A DNA stretch of 64,000 nt from IMG/VR virus record IMGVR_UViG_3300020404_000006. One strand, written 5' to 3'. Position 1 is the first letter of the stretch. Each line of letters opens with the position of its first letter. Under the pieces are notes generated by a model. That model was not told the origin of the DNA, searched no databases, and saw only the letters and a program-made list of their open reading frames with translations. The translations under genes and the position numbers were made by a program. The DNA comes from a virus. This document shows positions 17,759 through 26,542 of the stretch, piece by piece.

Positions 17759-20036
17759 ACTCTTGCTCCTCTGATAGTTCGGTGAATAGTTTTTCTAATT
17801 GTGGTTTCGCTTCTTCAACATCTACATCATCACTCTTCATGTCATAAGTATTCTGATAGTATGAGGTCTTCCAACCATACTTATATGTGGCGAGAAAGTC
17901 CTGTGCCATAACAGAAATAGGCACTTCATTATCTGGATAGTGAGTTGGATTGTAACTCCAGTTCCCACTGATGGCCTGATCAAAGAACTTCTGCATTACT
18001 GCAACTACTTTGATGTATCCATCATTACCTTCCATATCCCATAGTAGGGTATAGTTATTTTTCAAAGATCCAAAAGACGGAACAACTTGCTTAAGAGGTC
18101 CTTTCTTTGATTTTTTAATGGACAGGTAATCTCTAGGTGGTTCGATTCCATTTGTGGCATTTGACACAACGGAACTGCTCTCCGAAGGCATTTGTGCGGA
18201 CAGAGTGCTGTGCCTGAGTCCGAACTCAAGAATAGATCCCCTAAGAGTTTCCCAATCATGTTTCAGTTCTACCTTTGTAATCTCATCTACATCTCTTTTG
18301 TATGTATCAATCGGTAGGATTCCATCAGAGTATTTTGTAGATGAAAAATCAGCACAAGGACCTTTCTCTTTAGCAATATCATTTGATGCTTTCAGTAGAT
18401 AATACTGGAATGACTCAGTAAGTTTATGTACTGCGTCCCAGGCCTCCTGTGAGTCGTATTTCCATCCATTCTTAGCAAGATAATGAGCAAGACCAATATA
18501 ACCCACTCCAAGGGATCTACGACCCAATGTGGCAATCTCTGCTGCTCTTACTGGATAATCTTGATAGTCAATCAACTCCTCTAGAGACCTCACAGAAAGG
18601 TCACAGAGGTCTTCCAACTCCTCCAACTTAGTCAACTTACCTACATTGATTGCAGACAAGATACAGAGGGCAATCTCGCCATCTATAGAGTCAATATGTT
18701 GGAGAGGTTCTGTGGGTAGAGTGATCTCTTGACAGAGATTACTCATACTTACCTTGTCCTTGAAGGAAGAGTGTTCATTACAGTGATCAATATTCATGAT
18801 ATAGATACGACCTGTCTCTGCTCTCTCCTTAAGGAGATTCATAATCAGTTCTTGAGCTCCGATTGTTCGCTTGGGGATTGATTCATCCAGTTCGTAACGG
18901 CAATATAACTCATCAAAGTCAGGGGTCCCAAAACTCTCAAACAAGTCAGGACAACTATGGGGAGAAAAAAGCGTGATTTCCTTATCTTCGATAAACCTTT
19001 CATAGAAGAGTTTTGAGATTTGGATTGAGTAGTCGAGTTTTCTGACACGATTGTCTTCGGTTCCTTTGTTGTTCTTGAGAACTAAAATGTCCTCTATTTC
19101 TTGGTGCCAGATGGGGAAGTGGACAGTCGCTGATCCACCTCTAATGCCATTTTGAGTGCAACATCTGACAGTTGCTTCAAACTTTTTGAGGAACGGTACA
19201 ACACCTGTGTGTTGAACTTCTCCGCCTCTGATTTTACTGTTGATCCCACGGATGCGGCCTGCGTTGATACCAATCCCAGCCCTCTGAGCAACATAACGAC
19301 CGATGGCCATATCAGAACTAAAAATACTATCCAAGGTGTCGTCAACATCAACCAGAACGCAAGACGCAAACTGCCGAATAGGTGTTCGGACACCACCCAT
19401 GATTGGGGTTGGTATGTTGATTTTGTGTCGGGAAATGGCATTGTAGTAGCGTGTAACGTAATCTATTCTGTTTTGAGCGGGGTACTCCGCAAAGATAGTC
19501 ATTGCAATAAGCAAGTACATGAACTGTGGGGTCTCATAAACCTGTCCAGTGCTTCTGTCCTGTACCAAATACTTATCAACGACCTGTCTTAGACCAGCAT
19601 AAGTGAAAAGATAATCACGATCATGGTCAATAAGTTTGTCTAATCCTTCAATCTCCTGTAAGGAATACTTCTTAAGGATATCAGAATCATAGATTCCTTT
19701 TTCTACACCTCTATTGATCTGATCAATAAGTGTAGGAACCTCATGGATTCTACCATATAGATTCTTTCTAAGACCAAAGAGAAGAAGTCTAGCAGCGACA
19801 TACTGATAGTTTGGAGCATCCAAATCAATCAGATCACTTGCTGACTTGACGAGGATGCCTTGGATTTCGGAGGTAGTAATTCCATCATAGAATTGGATTC
19901 CAGATTGAATTTCAACTTGACTTGCAGATACACCTGCAAGACCGTCACAAGCTAGTTCAACCATCTTGTGCATCTTTTCCAAGTCAAGAGGCTCAATATG
20001 TCCCGCTCTCTTGACTACTTTAATACCATTGCTCAT
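17739..20036 (-). CDS. nrdA: Ribonucleotide reductase class Ia alpha subunit
   Basis: N-terminal ATP cone, PTPIM, SCVL, SNLCQEI, C-terminal CDSC. Confidence 0.97.
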   Translation of the reverse strand: MSNGIKVVKRAGHIEPLDLEKMHKMVELACDGLAGVSASQVEIQSGIQFYDGITTSEIQGILVKSASDLIDLDAPNYQYVAARLLLFGLRKNLYGRIHEVPTLIDQINRGVEKGIYDSDILKKYSLQEIEGLDKLIDHDRDYLFTYAGLRQVVDKYLVQDRSTGQVYETPQFMYLLIAMTIFAEYPAQNRIDYVTRYYNAISRHKINIPTPIMGGVRTPIRQFASCVLVDVDDTLDSIFSSDMAIGRYVAQRAGIGINAGRIRGINSKIRGGEVQHTGVVPFLKKFEATVRCCTQNGIRGGSATVHFPIWHQEIEDILVLKNNKGTEDNRVRKLDYSIQISKLFYERFIEDKEITLFSPHSCPDLFESFGTPDFDELYCRYELDESIPKRTIGAQELIMNLLKERAETGRIYIMNIDHCNEHSSFKDKVSMSNLCQEITLPTEPLQHIDSIDGEIALCILSAINVGKLTKLEELEDLCDLSVRSLEELIDYQDYPVRAAEIATLGRRSLGVGYIGLAHYLAKNGWKYDSQEAWDAVHKLTESFQYYLLKASNDIAKEKGPCADFSSTKYSDGILPIDTYKRDVDEITKVELKHDWETLRGSILEFGLRHSTLSAQMPSESSSVVSNATNGIEPPRDYLSIKKSKKGPLKQVVPSFGSLKNNYTLLWDMEGNDGYIKVVAVMQKFFDQAISGNWSYNPTHYPDNEVPISVMAQDFLATYKYGWKTSYYQNTYDMKSDDVDVEEAKPQLEKLFTELSEEQECDSCTI

Positions 20037-21034
20037 ACTCGTTTCCAGGCTTGTAATTTTAATTTGGCTTCTAAACCTTGGTAGATATTCGAGTCTACCA
20101 CTCTTTGCACACTTTGTCCACTAAGATACATGTCATTTATGTCCTTTTCAAGAATATTCTTAGGGAAGATTACGACTCTATCACCTCTATCGATAGTGGT
20201 GGCAAGTCTTTCAACTATTTGTCTGTTCCTTGGTTCATTGTCATATATCCATACAGGGTTAGTGATTCCCCACTTGGAGACATCACCATCCGCTCCACAC
20301 ATTGCGATTGAATTAGGGATGAATGTGGAGTCAAATGGTCCTTCCGTGACGTAAACAGTTTTTCCAGTATTGATATCATCGAGACCATAAATCTTCGGAG
20401 CATCGTCCTCCAACATGATCGTAATATATTTGATCTTGGATCTAGGGAGCAAAGATCTCCCTTGGTATCCTACAAGTGTACCTTTGTACCTAAGCGGAAT
20501 GATGATTCTCGGTTCATCATTTTTGACATCATCAAACGTGTGCTTTTGTGCATTAGTCCACTCTTTGAAATTATTGCAGTAGTACAAATTTTCTAGTGTT
20601 TTACTAGAAATCTTCCTACTTTCTTCTAGGTATATTCGAGCGGGGTGTGATTTATTTAGACTAACGATATTTTCTAGATCGATACGAAATTTGTCTTTAA
20701 TAAATACTGGTTTTGGTAGGTCAAATTTAGGTACAGGAGTGTTAGATCCCAGTCCCACAGTACCTTTTTTATACCTCTCCATAATATACTGCTTGTGCAA
20801 AACAGTATCCTGATCCCGAAGAAAATTAGTAAGTGTCTTAGAAACGCCACAGTTATGACACTTAAAATTATAATCATTTTTTATAGGATATAAGAATCCC
20901 CTCGCTTTATTCTTATACTTACTAGAATCCCCACAATAAGGGCATCTAAAATTATATAATCCTCTACTCTTCTTAGTAAACTTTTGGAGTCTAGACGATA
21001 CCAGACTTATGTATTTGCTGTCTACTAGGTTCAA
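20033..21034 (-). CDS. gp61: DNA primase (T4 gp61)
   Basis: Zn finger CPYCGDS..CHNC; TOPRIM EGPFD and DNE. Confidence 0.95.
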   Translation of the reverse strand: MNLVDSKYISLVSSRLQKFTKKSRGLYNFRCPYCGDSSKYKNKARGFLYPIKNDYNFKCHNCGVSKTLTNFLRDQDTVLHKQYIMERYKKGTVGLGSNTPVPKFDLPKPVFIKDKFRIDLENIVSLNKSHPARIYLEESRKISSKTLENLYYCNNFKEWTNAQKHTFDDVKNDEPRIIIPLRYKGTLVGYQGRSLLPRSKIKYITIMLEDDAPKIYGLDDINTGKTVYVTEGPFDSTFIPNSIAMCGADGDVSKWGITNPVWIYDNEPRNRQIVERLATTIDRGDRVVIFPKNILEKDINDMYLSGQSVQRVVDSNIYQGLEAKLKLQAWKRV

Positions 21035-21428
21035 TGCTGACTACTCGTTCGACTCCTAGTATAACAGATGATTGATTATTCTGCAACCCTTGTATAACTT
21101 TCTGACCCATAGGACTGACGAGAACTGATATGACACCGATACCACCAGCGATTGTCCACATCTTCTTCTCCATCATCCTCAGACGTTCTTCTACCTTCAT
21201 TATATCTCTCTCACATCCTGTCTTAATCTCTTTAGTCGAACGGTTAAGTTCCCTATGAAGAGATTCCACCTTCTCGAATAGTACGGCATCTATCCTATCT
21301 TGCTTGTCCAGCTTTTCATTATGAACCGCAAGCAGTTGTCCCATCTTTACGGAGTTATCCTGTAAAGAATCTACTACTTTTTCTAATCTTTCTAATATAG
21401 CTGTGTTGATACTGGCGTTTTCGCTCAT
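20991..21428 (-). CDS. Coiled-coil protein with C-terminal TM
   Basis: 145 aa; heptads then WTIAGGIGVISVLV. Confidence 0.7.
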   Translation of the reverse strand: MSENASINTAILERLEKVVDSLQDNSVKMGQLLAVHNEKLDKQDRIDAVLFEKVESLHRELNRSTKEIKTGCERDIMKVEERLRMMEKKMWTIAGGIGVISVLVSPMGQKVIQGLQNNQSSVILGVERVVSIEPSRQQIHKSGIV

Positions 21429-21592
21429 TTCTTTTTACGTTTTGAGGTTGCTTTTGCAGCGTTGTACCATCTTCTAATCATTCCACCAAAAGGTAAATCA
21501 TATCCAGCAACAGGACCTTTGGAATCTGCAGCAGAAGTAAAACCACCTGTACCAGCGGTCATCATCTCATTAAATTCCTTAAAAGTCTTCAT
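21425..21592 (-). CDS. 55-aa protein with MKTFKELNE leader (not in ORF track)
   Basis: Hand translation MKTFKELNEMMTAGTGGFTSAADSKGPVAGYDLPFGGMIRRWYNAAKATSKRKKK; ATGA overlaps at both ends. Confidence 0.75.
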   Translation of the reverse strand: MKTFKEFNEMMTAGTGGFTSAADSKGPVAGYDLPFGGMIRRWYNAAKATSKRKKK

Positions 21593-21963
21593 AGTTCTTT
21601 AAGACACTGTAAACATGTATCATCCATAGGTACATCATGTAGTGCCGATTTGGGAAACTCAGGGAATCTTCCTAAGTATACCACAAACGTTTTAACAACA
21701 GGCCATAAGTCCTTATCTATCTTGAAAAATAGAAGAGGTGTGGCGGCCTCACCAAAAACATTATAAAGGATTATGAAGTGGTTAATAAGTAAATGAGCTT
21801 TCAAAACGCCAGTAGTTTTATAACGTTTCAAAAGCCTTTTTACCCATTTGAATCTTTTCAGATCCTCTTCAAAATCTTCCTTAGTGACTGCGTGAGGGTT
21901 TTCGTAATTCTTAATTGCAAAAATTACATAGTTATTTTCATTCAGTTCAGAAAACTTCATCAA
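21589..21963 (-). CDS. Conserved T4-like phage hypothetical protein
   Basis: 124 aa; FEEDLKRFKW.KRLL..Y...HLLINHFIIL.NVFG pattern typical of cyanomyovirus core. Confidence 0.8.
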   Translation of the reverse strand: MMKFSELNENNYVIFAIKNYENPHAVTKEDFEEDLKRFKWVKRLLKRYKTTGVLKAHLLINHFIILYNVFGEAATPLLFFKIDKDLWPVVKTFVVYLGRFPEFPKSALHDVPMDDTCLQCLKEL

Positions 21964-21991
21964 TCATTTTATTCTGTATTATCTAGGTCGG

Positions 21992-22555
21992 TTATGCGAC
22001 AACAGTAATTGTACCAGCAGCAGTTCCGATAGAAGCAACATTAGTAATTGTGGAGTTGGTAGATGTACCAGCATCCTTAATTGTTCCACCGTTAAGTGCA
22101 ACTGCGTTTGCTCCTATTGATAGTTCGTCATCAGCAGAAGTCGCTGCGTTACCAGCGGCGATTGTGAGTGAGAACACCAATTCATTACTGCCTGTACCTG
22201 AGGCATATGACAGTGTATGGTTTGCTCGTTGGTCATTGACCACTGTAAGTTGTGGTGTGCCTGTGACATCAACTGCTTCGTTGAATCTTACTCTTACCTG
22301 TAAAGTTCCACCATCTGACTTGTCAAATGATGTTGTGATGAACTCAATTTCGGTAATGTCTGCAGCACCGATACTTGTAGCGAGTTCTCCGATTGCGACC
22401 AGAATCTCTGGGTCTGCATTAGGATTATCGTTACCAGTTAATGCACCATTTTCCAACACCCAACCAGACTTTGTAGCAAAACATTGCTTCTTCTGTTCGT
22501 CGGTCAGAAACTTAGGCTTTGACTCGTCTGAGTCGGTTGCTCCCCAAAGAGGCAT
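21992..22555 (-). CDS. Probable virion structural protein (Ig-like)
   Basis: MPLWG start; beta-rich V.F.EAVDVTG.P, Y.SG.GS.ELVF; late-like ATAAATA at 22591-22597. Confidence 0.7.
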   Translation of the reverse strand: MPLWGATDSDESKPKFLTDEQKKQCFATKSGWVLENGALTGNDNPNADPEILVAIGELATSIGAADITEIEFITTSFDKSDGGTLQVRVRFNEAVDVTGTPQLTVVNDQRANHTLSYASGTGSNELVFSLTIAAGNAATSADDELSIGANAVALNGGTIKDAGTSTNSTITNVASIGTAAGTITVVA

Positions 22556-22589
22556 GGGCTTTTCTCCAATTTAAGACTACTTTCTAGAT

Positions 22590-22778
22590 TTATTTATCCA
22601 ATAAGGCTTTTTCCAAAGCATCTACTAACTGGTCATCTACTTTGTTGCCTGACTTGGCAGCCGCTTTCTTGAGTAATCCAATCAAAAATACCTTTAGTTT
22701 TTCTTCTAGGTCTTCTGGGATCTTGTCTACCGCTTTGTTGATAACGTTGATAGCGATAGGCAGTAAAAATTTAGTCAT
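22590..22778 (-). CDS. Small helical hypothetical protein
   Basis: 62-aa ORF; amphipathic, KSGNKVDD..V motif. Confidence 0.7.
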   Translation of the reverse strand: MTKFLLPIAINVINKAVDKIPEDLEEKLKVFLIGLLKKAAAKSGNKVDDQLVDALEKALLDK

Positions 22779-22814
22779 AATCTTATAGCAAGTTACACTA
22801 TATATAAGACCAGT

Positions 22815-23915
22815 TTAGAGAAAATGATCAAACATCTTCTGTGTAAACTGTGGATTCCAATCAAGAACAAACTGCCAAGGATAGTCACGAGGATCTGTAT
22901 CACCAAATAGTTTCTTTGATCCTTCCGAGGCAGTATTCCAGAAAGGAGAATCAAAATCAGAACCCTTGTAGTAATGCAAATTGATAAATCTGATAACCTC
23001 TTCCATGATACAGGTATATTGATCGGGTTCTTTGTTGTCCAATATAAAATCTACAATCATCTCATTGATAAGACCGTAACATCCCAATGATGTGGCCTGT
23101 ATTGGTTCTAAGAACAAGGCTCTATTGCCATTGACAAATATATTACCATCTTCATTGACTATACTCTTAGCATAGTAGTTCTTAAAGGAGAACTCTCTGC
23201 AATCTCTACTATGGAACTCAATCTGATACTCATTTAGTATCCTTGATACATCATCCTGAGCTTCTAACTGAGATGTTATTTTAGAATTGTATAAGTATCC
23301 CCAACCAGTTCTATTTTGTAGTGGTAAACCAAACATCCACCCATGTTTATGGGCAATATGATAGGTATATTCCCAGTCGCCTGGTGTGTATGACCTCACC
23401 GCAATCGCTGAGTCTAAGTAAACGTTATCACTAATAATATAATCAGAATAATCCTCTGGATATCCTCTACAATCCACTACAAAGTCATATTCTTCGCCAT
23501 CCAAAGATACCTTTCTACCCAAAGACTTCATTTCTTTTATAGTTCTGACCTTCTCAGAGAAGTTTGGATACATTTTACTGAGTCTGGGTAATACAAACTC
23601 AGGAAACTTAGTAGTATCGAACTGAATACCATACTCTCCAGAAACAAATGGCAAGAACTTATTACCATTCCAATTCTTAAACTGAATACCATACTTAGTA
23701 GTAGAATCCAGTTCTTGAGAATCAAGATGATGTACATAATCAACACCAACCCCCAAGGAACGAGGAAAGATTGGTAAAGTAGATTCACCAATGTCAATAG
23801 GACTTATAACATTGCTGTATATTAAATCCACCTTAGCAAACTTGGGTAGTGATTTTAAAAGAGATACTGCACAATATAGTCCCGCTGTGCCAGCACCGAC
23901 TATGGCTACTTTCAT
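22815..23915 (-). CDS. Flavin-dependent (tryptophan halogenase-like, PrnA family) protein
   Basis: GAGTAG FAD motif, IGEST, FVVDCRG, GWMFGLP, FLEPIQAT. Confidence 0.8.
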   Translation of the reverse strand: MKVAIVGAGTAGLYCAVSLLKSLPKFAKVDLIYSNVISPIDIGESTLPIFPRSLGVGVDYVHHLDSQELDSTTKYGIQFKNWNGNKFLPFVSGEYGIQFDTTKFPEFVLPRLSKMYPNFSEKVRTIKEMKSLGRKVSLDGEEYDFVVDCRGYPEDYSDYIISDNVYLDSAIAVRSYTPGDWEYTYHIAHKHGWMFGLPLQNRTGWGYLYNSKITSQLEAQDDVSRILNEYQIEFHSRDCREFSFKNYYAKSIVNEDGNIFVNGNRALFLEPIQATSLGCYGLINEMIVDFILDNKEPDQYTCIMEEVIRFINLHYYKGSDFDSPFWNTASEGSKKLFGDTDPRDYPWQFVLDWNPQFTQKMFDHFL

Positions 23916-24103
23916 TTAGTTTCTTCTATTGCCTCTTTGATAATTCTCTTTAATTGTTTTGATTGCTTCTTATTAATAGATCCAAGTGAGGTATCTATCT
24001 TTACCTTTACCCAGTAAAGACCTATAAGAACAAGTGTAAAAGGAATTGCATCTGCCCAAGAGATTTCATTCCATGCTTCTACTACATTCAATACTGCAAA
24101 CAT
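23912..24103 (-). CDS. Small membrane protein
   Basis: 63 aa; WADAIPFTLVLIGLYWV TM. Confidence 0.65.
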   Translation of the reverse strand: MFAVLNVVEAWNEISWADAIPFTLVLIGLYWVKVKIDTSLGSINKKQSKQLKRIIKEAIEETK

Positions 24104-24106
24104 AAT

Positions 24107-24568
24107 TTACTCCGATAATGTTCCACGAGATCTACGAAGAACTCTTAGTTCCTCAAAATCTTTTTGTTTTTTGCCGCCATCATATGGCCAGGCGTACCCT
24201 TCACCGATCATTTCTTCATTGATTGAGACACGTTCGTCCCCAATGTATAACCAGCCAAGAAGACGGCCGTACTTGCCAACGCCACCGACAAGTTCAGTAC
24301 GGATAATGAGATCATCATCACCAGCCACAGCCGTCTGGAGTTTCTCTTTGAGCCAATTCGTCGCATCAATTCCAAGAGCTTTCTCCTCTTTGTCTCTAGT
24401 TCTTTTCTCAGGTGTGTCAACACCAGCGACCCTAACTCTTTCTTTCTTTGTCAGATCAAATCCAAGGTCAATAGTAACGTCAATAGTATCTCCATCAACT
24501 ACTCTATTAATTTTCGTCACTCGGAAGTTGTAACAACTCTTCCGTGACGGTGGGGTCATTGCTCCCAT
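24107..24568 (-). CDS. Staphylococcal-nuclease-like (thermonuclease) protein
   Basis: RVVDGDTID, RVRVAGVDTPE, KYGRLLG, N..MI.EGYA; late-like ATAAATA at 24590-24596. Confidence 0.88.
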   Translation of the reverse strand: MGAMTPPSRKSCYNFRVTKINRVVDGDTIDVTIDLGFDLTKKERVRVAGVDTPEKRTRDKEEKALGIDATNWLKEKLQTAVAGDDDLIIRTELVGGVGKYGRLLGWLYIGDERVSINEEMIGEGYAWPYDGGKKQKDFEELRVLRRSRGTLSE

Positions 24569-24758
24569 AGTAAAACTCCATCAGTGCTTTATTTATGGAG
24601 TCTTCTGGGGAAGTTCTCCATCGTTTCCGCCTTTCATTTCTTGCGTCTTCAAACGCTTCATAAAGTTGATCGTATAGATCATTCTCCACTATCGGACCCG
24701 CCATGACTGGCATGGCTGTCATGAGAGTGAGCAAAATCATTCGGAACAAAATGGTCAT
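24507..24758 (-). CDS. Hypothetical protein with possible signal peptide
   Basis: 83-aa ORF; start uncertain; overlaps both neighbours. Confidence 0.5.
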   Translation of the reverse strand: MTILFRMILLTLMTAMPVMAGPIVENDLYDQLYEAFEDARNERRKRWRTSPEDSINKALMEFYYGSNDPTVTEELLQLPSDEN

Positions 24759-24837
24759 ATCTTATAATATAGTAGATTAAAATAGAAACTGCAACCAGCA
24801 GTATAACAATCATCCATATAATACTCCAGACTATCAT
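24679..24837 (-). CDS. 52-aa single-TM peptide (not in ORF track)
   Basis: MIVWSIIWMIVILLVAVSILIYYIIRYDHFVPNDFAHSHDSHASHGGSDSGE; ATGA overlap with upstream ORF. Confidence 0.65.
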   Translation of the reverse strand: MIVWSIIWMIVILLVAVSILIYYIIRYDHFVPNDFAHSHDSHASHGGSDSGE

Positions 24838-25112
24838 AGTATTGATCTCAATATGAACTCTTTAGTTAGTATAGGATGACCAAATAGATCTAACTGTAAT
24901 CCATCTACATCCTCTTTTTTAATACCTTCGTTCTTTCTCGCATGTTCCCAGTAATATGTGCCATCTTCTCTGCAATATAACCAGCTAGTGTCGTGTGAAC
25001 TGGGTGTGAAGACTGCAATAACTCTTGGGTATCTTGGTTCTGGATTTCTTTCATAAACAACCCCTTGAGGGGAACGATAAAACTTAGGATCAATCTCTTT
25101 GTCGCCAGTCAT
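24834..25112 (-). CDS. Hypothetical protein
   Basis: 92-aa ORF in operon. Confidence 0.65.
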   Translation of the reverse strand: MTGDKEIDPKFYRSPQGVVYERNPEPRYPRVIAVFTPSSHDTSWLYCREDGTYYWEHARKNEGIKKEDVDGLQLDLFGHPILTKEFILRSIL

Positions 25113-25389
25113 CTGATCTCTCTTGATGGAACCAGTCTACGATCTCGTCTGGTGAACCGAAACCCCTACGGTGGTTACTTGAATCGGGGTCTCCTATATT
25201 CAAGTTATTCAGAAAAGAATCATTTGGATTCTGTGTCATTCTTCTAGCCTGTTGTAACATCCCTCTTGCTGAGGTGTTTGCTTTTGCTAATTTCTGAGCC
25301 CATATCATATCATCTATGCTGACTTCTGTTCCTGATGCAATGTCTTTGCATATTGCTTCCAAACGGAGACGATATTGAGTTGATAACAT
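25090..25389 (-). CDS. Conserved cyanophage hypothetical protein
   Basis: 99 aa; MLSTQYRLRLEAIC..I..G.EV...DMIWAQKLAK. Confidence 0.75.
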   Translation of the reverse strand: MLSTQYRLRLEAICKDIASGTEVSIDDMIWAQKLAKANTSARGMLQQARRMTQNPNDSFLNNLNIGDPDSSNHRRGFGSPDEIVDWFHQERSDDWRQRD

Positions 25390-25442
25390 TTACTAATAAT
25401 AATGATAATTATATACTATCTATCAACTTTATATTTCTTTTA

Positions 25443-25946
25443 TTATCCTATTAGATTCATTGCCTCCTTTAATTCTCTTGCATGTTCCAATTCATCTTGT
25501 GCGATCTCTTGTATCTTTTTATCTTCTGGGTGTACACTTAAGTATTTTGTGTAAGTTTCAAATGCGTGCTTCTCAATCTTCATGTTGATGTCGTAAGCGT
25601 CCACAGGATCAATGAGATAATACCCAACCATGATCCAATAATAAACCAAAACAAGATGCTTGGCAAAGAAACGGTCGATCCAATGTTTATTTCCCTCCCT
25701 ACGTTCCATCTCTTCCAAATGCTCTGTTTCATTGAGTGCCTGATAGAAGTGTTCTTTCATCAAGTATATATGATCATCACCCCTGAGTCCAAGGGATTCA
25801 CGAAAATGTAACACACTGATAAATGCAAAATAGGGTGCTCTTGCTATGACTTCCAACACCCAGAATCTTTGAAAAGGTCTGTTGCGGTAAAGGAAGTCAA
25901 GGATTGATATGGTTACACTTAATACGATTGTATTAAATTGTTTCAT
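25443..25946 (-). CDS. ptoX: Plastoquinol terminal oxidase (alternative oxidase family)
   Basis: RFWVLEVIARAPYF, NETEHL, EKHAFETY, DELEH di-iron carboxylate motifs. Confidence 0.92.
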   Translation of the reverse strand: MKQFNTIVLSVTISILDFLYRNRPFQRFWVLEVIARAPYFAFISVLHFRESLGLRGDDHIYLMKEHFYQALNETEHLEEMERREGNKHWIDRFFAKHLVLVYYWIMVGYYLIDPVDAYDINMKIEKHAFETYTKYLSVHPEDKKIQEIAQDELEHARELKEAMNLIG

Positions 25947-26035
25947 AATGCGTAGGCAATTTGTGGTAAGTAAATAATAGCTACTGTAATTGTTCCTAAT
26001 ATGATTATAGTGGATGCTATCGGTAAACTTTTCAT
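25943..26035 (-). CDS. 30-aa single-TM peptide (not in ORF track)
   Basis: MKSLPIASTIIILGTITVAIIYLPQIAYAL; ATGA overlaps with both neighbours; GGAGG SD upstream. Confidence 0.65.
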   Translation of the reverse strand: MKSLPIASTIIILGTITVAIIYLPQIAYAL

Positions 26036-26193
26036 TTTACCTCCTTAATAAAATCCAAAGAAAAAGGATGTTCCTGTAGATAGGGAACATCCTCTCTTGC
26101 GTTTCTTGCTGCTTCAAATGCGTCTGAAGCATATTCACCAATTTCATGGTGTTCGTTCTTTTGGTCGTGCCAACCTAGTGTGTAATGGGACAT
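26032..26193 (-). CDS. Small conserved cyanophage protein
   Basis: ORF 26032..26217, likely start MSHYTLGWHD at 26193. Confidence 0.65.
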   Translation of the reverse strand: MSHYTLGWHDQKNEHHEIGEYASDAFEAARNAREDVPYLQEHPFSLDFIKEVK

Positions 26194-26217
26194 GATAGTT
26201 TCAACTCCATTCATCAC

Positions 26218-26231
26218 TATTTATTATACCA
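26218..26231 (-). promoter_or_regulatory. Overlapping extended -10 (TGGTATAAT) and late promoter (AATAAATA)
   Basis: Minus strand reads TGTGGTATAATAAATAGTG. Confidence 0.6.
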
Positions 26232-26275
26232 CACTAAGTATAAACCACTAGTTATGTGTGGACTCACTGACTATA

Positions 26276-26536
26276 TCAGGATACGTTGAAAGCGATCTTT
26301 GTTACCTTTACATCACCACCATTTGCGGATGCACTAAGTTTATCTGTACCATCTTTATCTACCTGTGCAGACTGATTAGAAGGCAAAGTGAAACTACCAA
26401 TACCAACGTCATTGGCATCAGATCTTATGATTACAACTGCAGCACCATTAGTGTTCACAATGTGAACCGCCTTTGCTAAACTCACATTAGTTGCAGACGC
26501 TAAGGTGGTCTGTGGTGCCATTGGTTTAATTAACAT
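26276..26536 (-). CDS. Small beta-rich hypothetical (possible virion) protein
   Basis: 86-aa ORF. Confidence 0.7.
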   Translation of the reverse strand: MLIKPMAPQTTLASATNVSLAKAVHIVNTNGAAVVIIRSDANDVGIGSFTLPSNQSAQVDKDGTDKLSASANGGDVKVTKIAFNVS

Positions 26537-26542
26537 GGTTCT

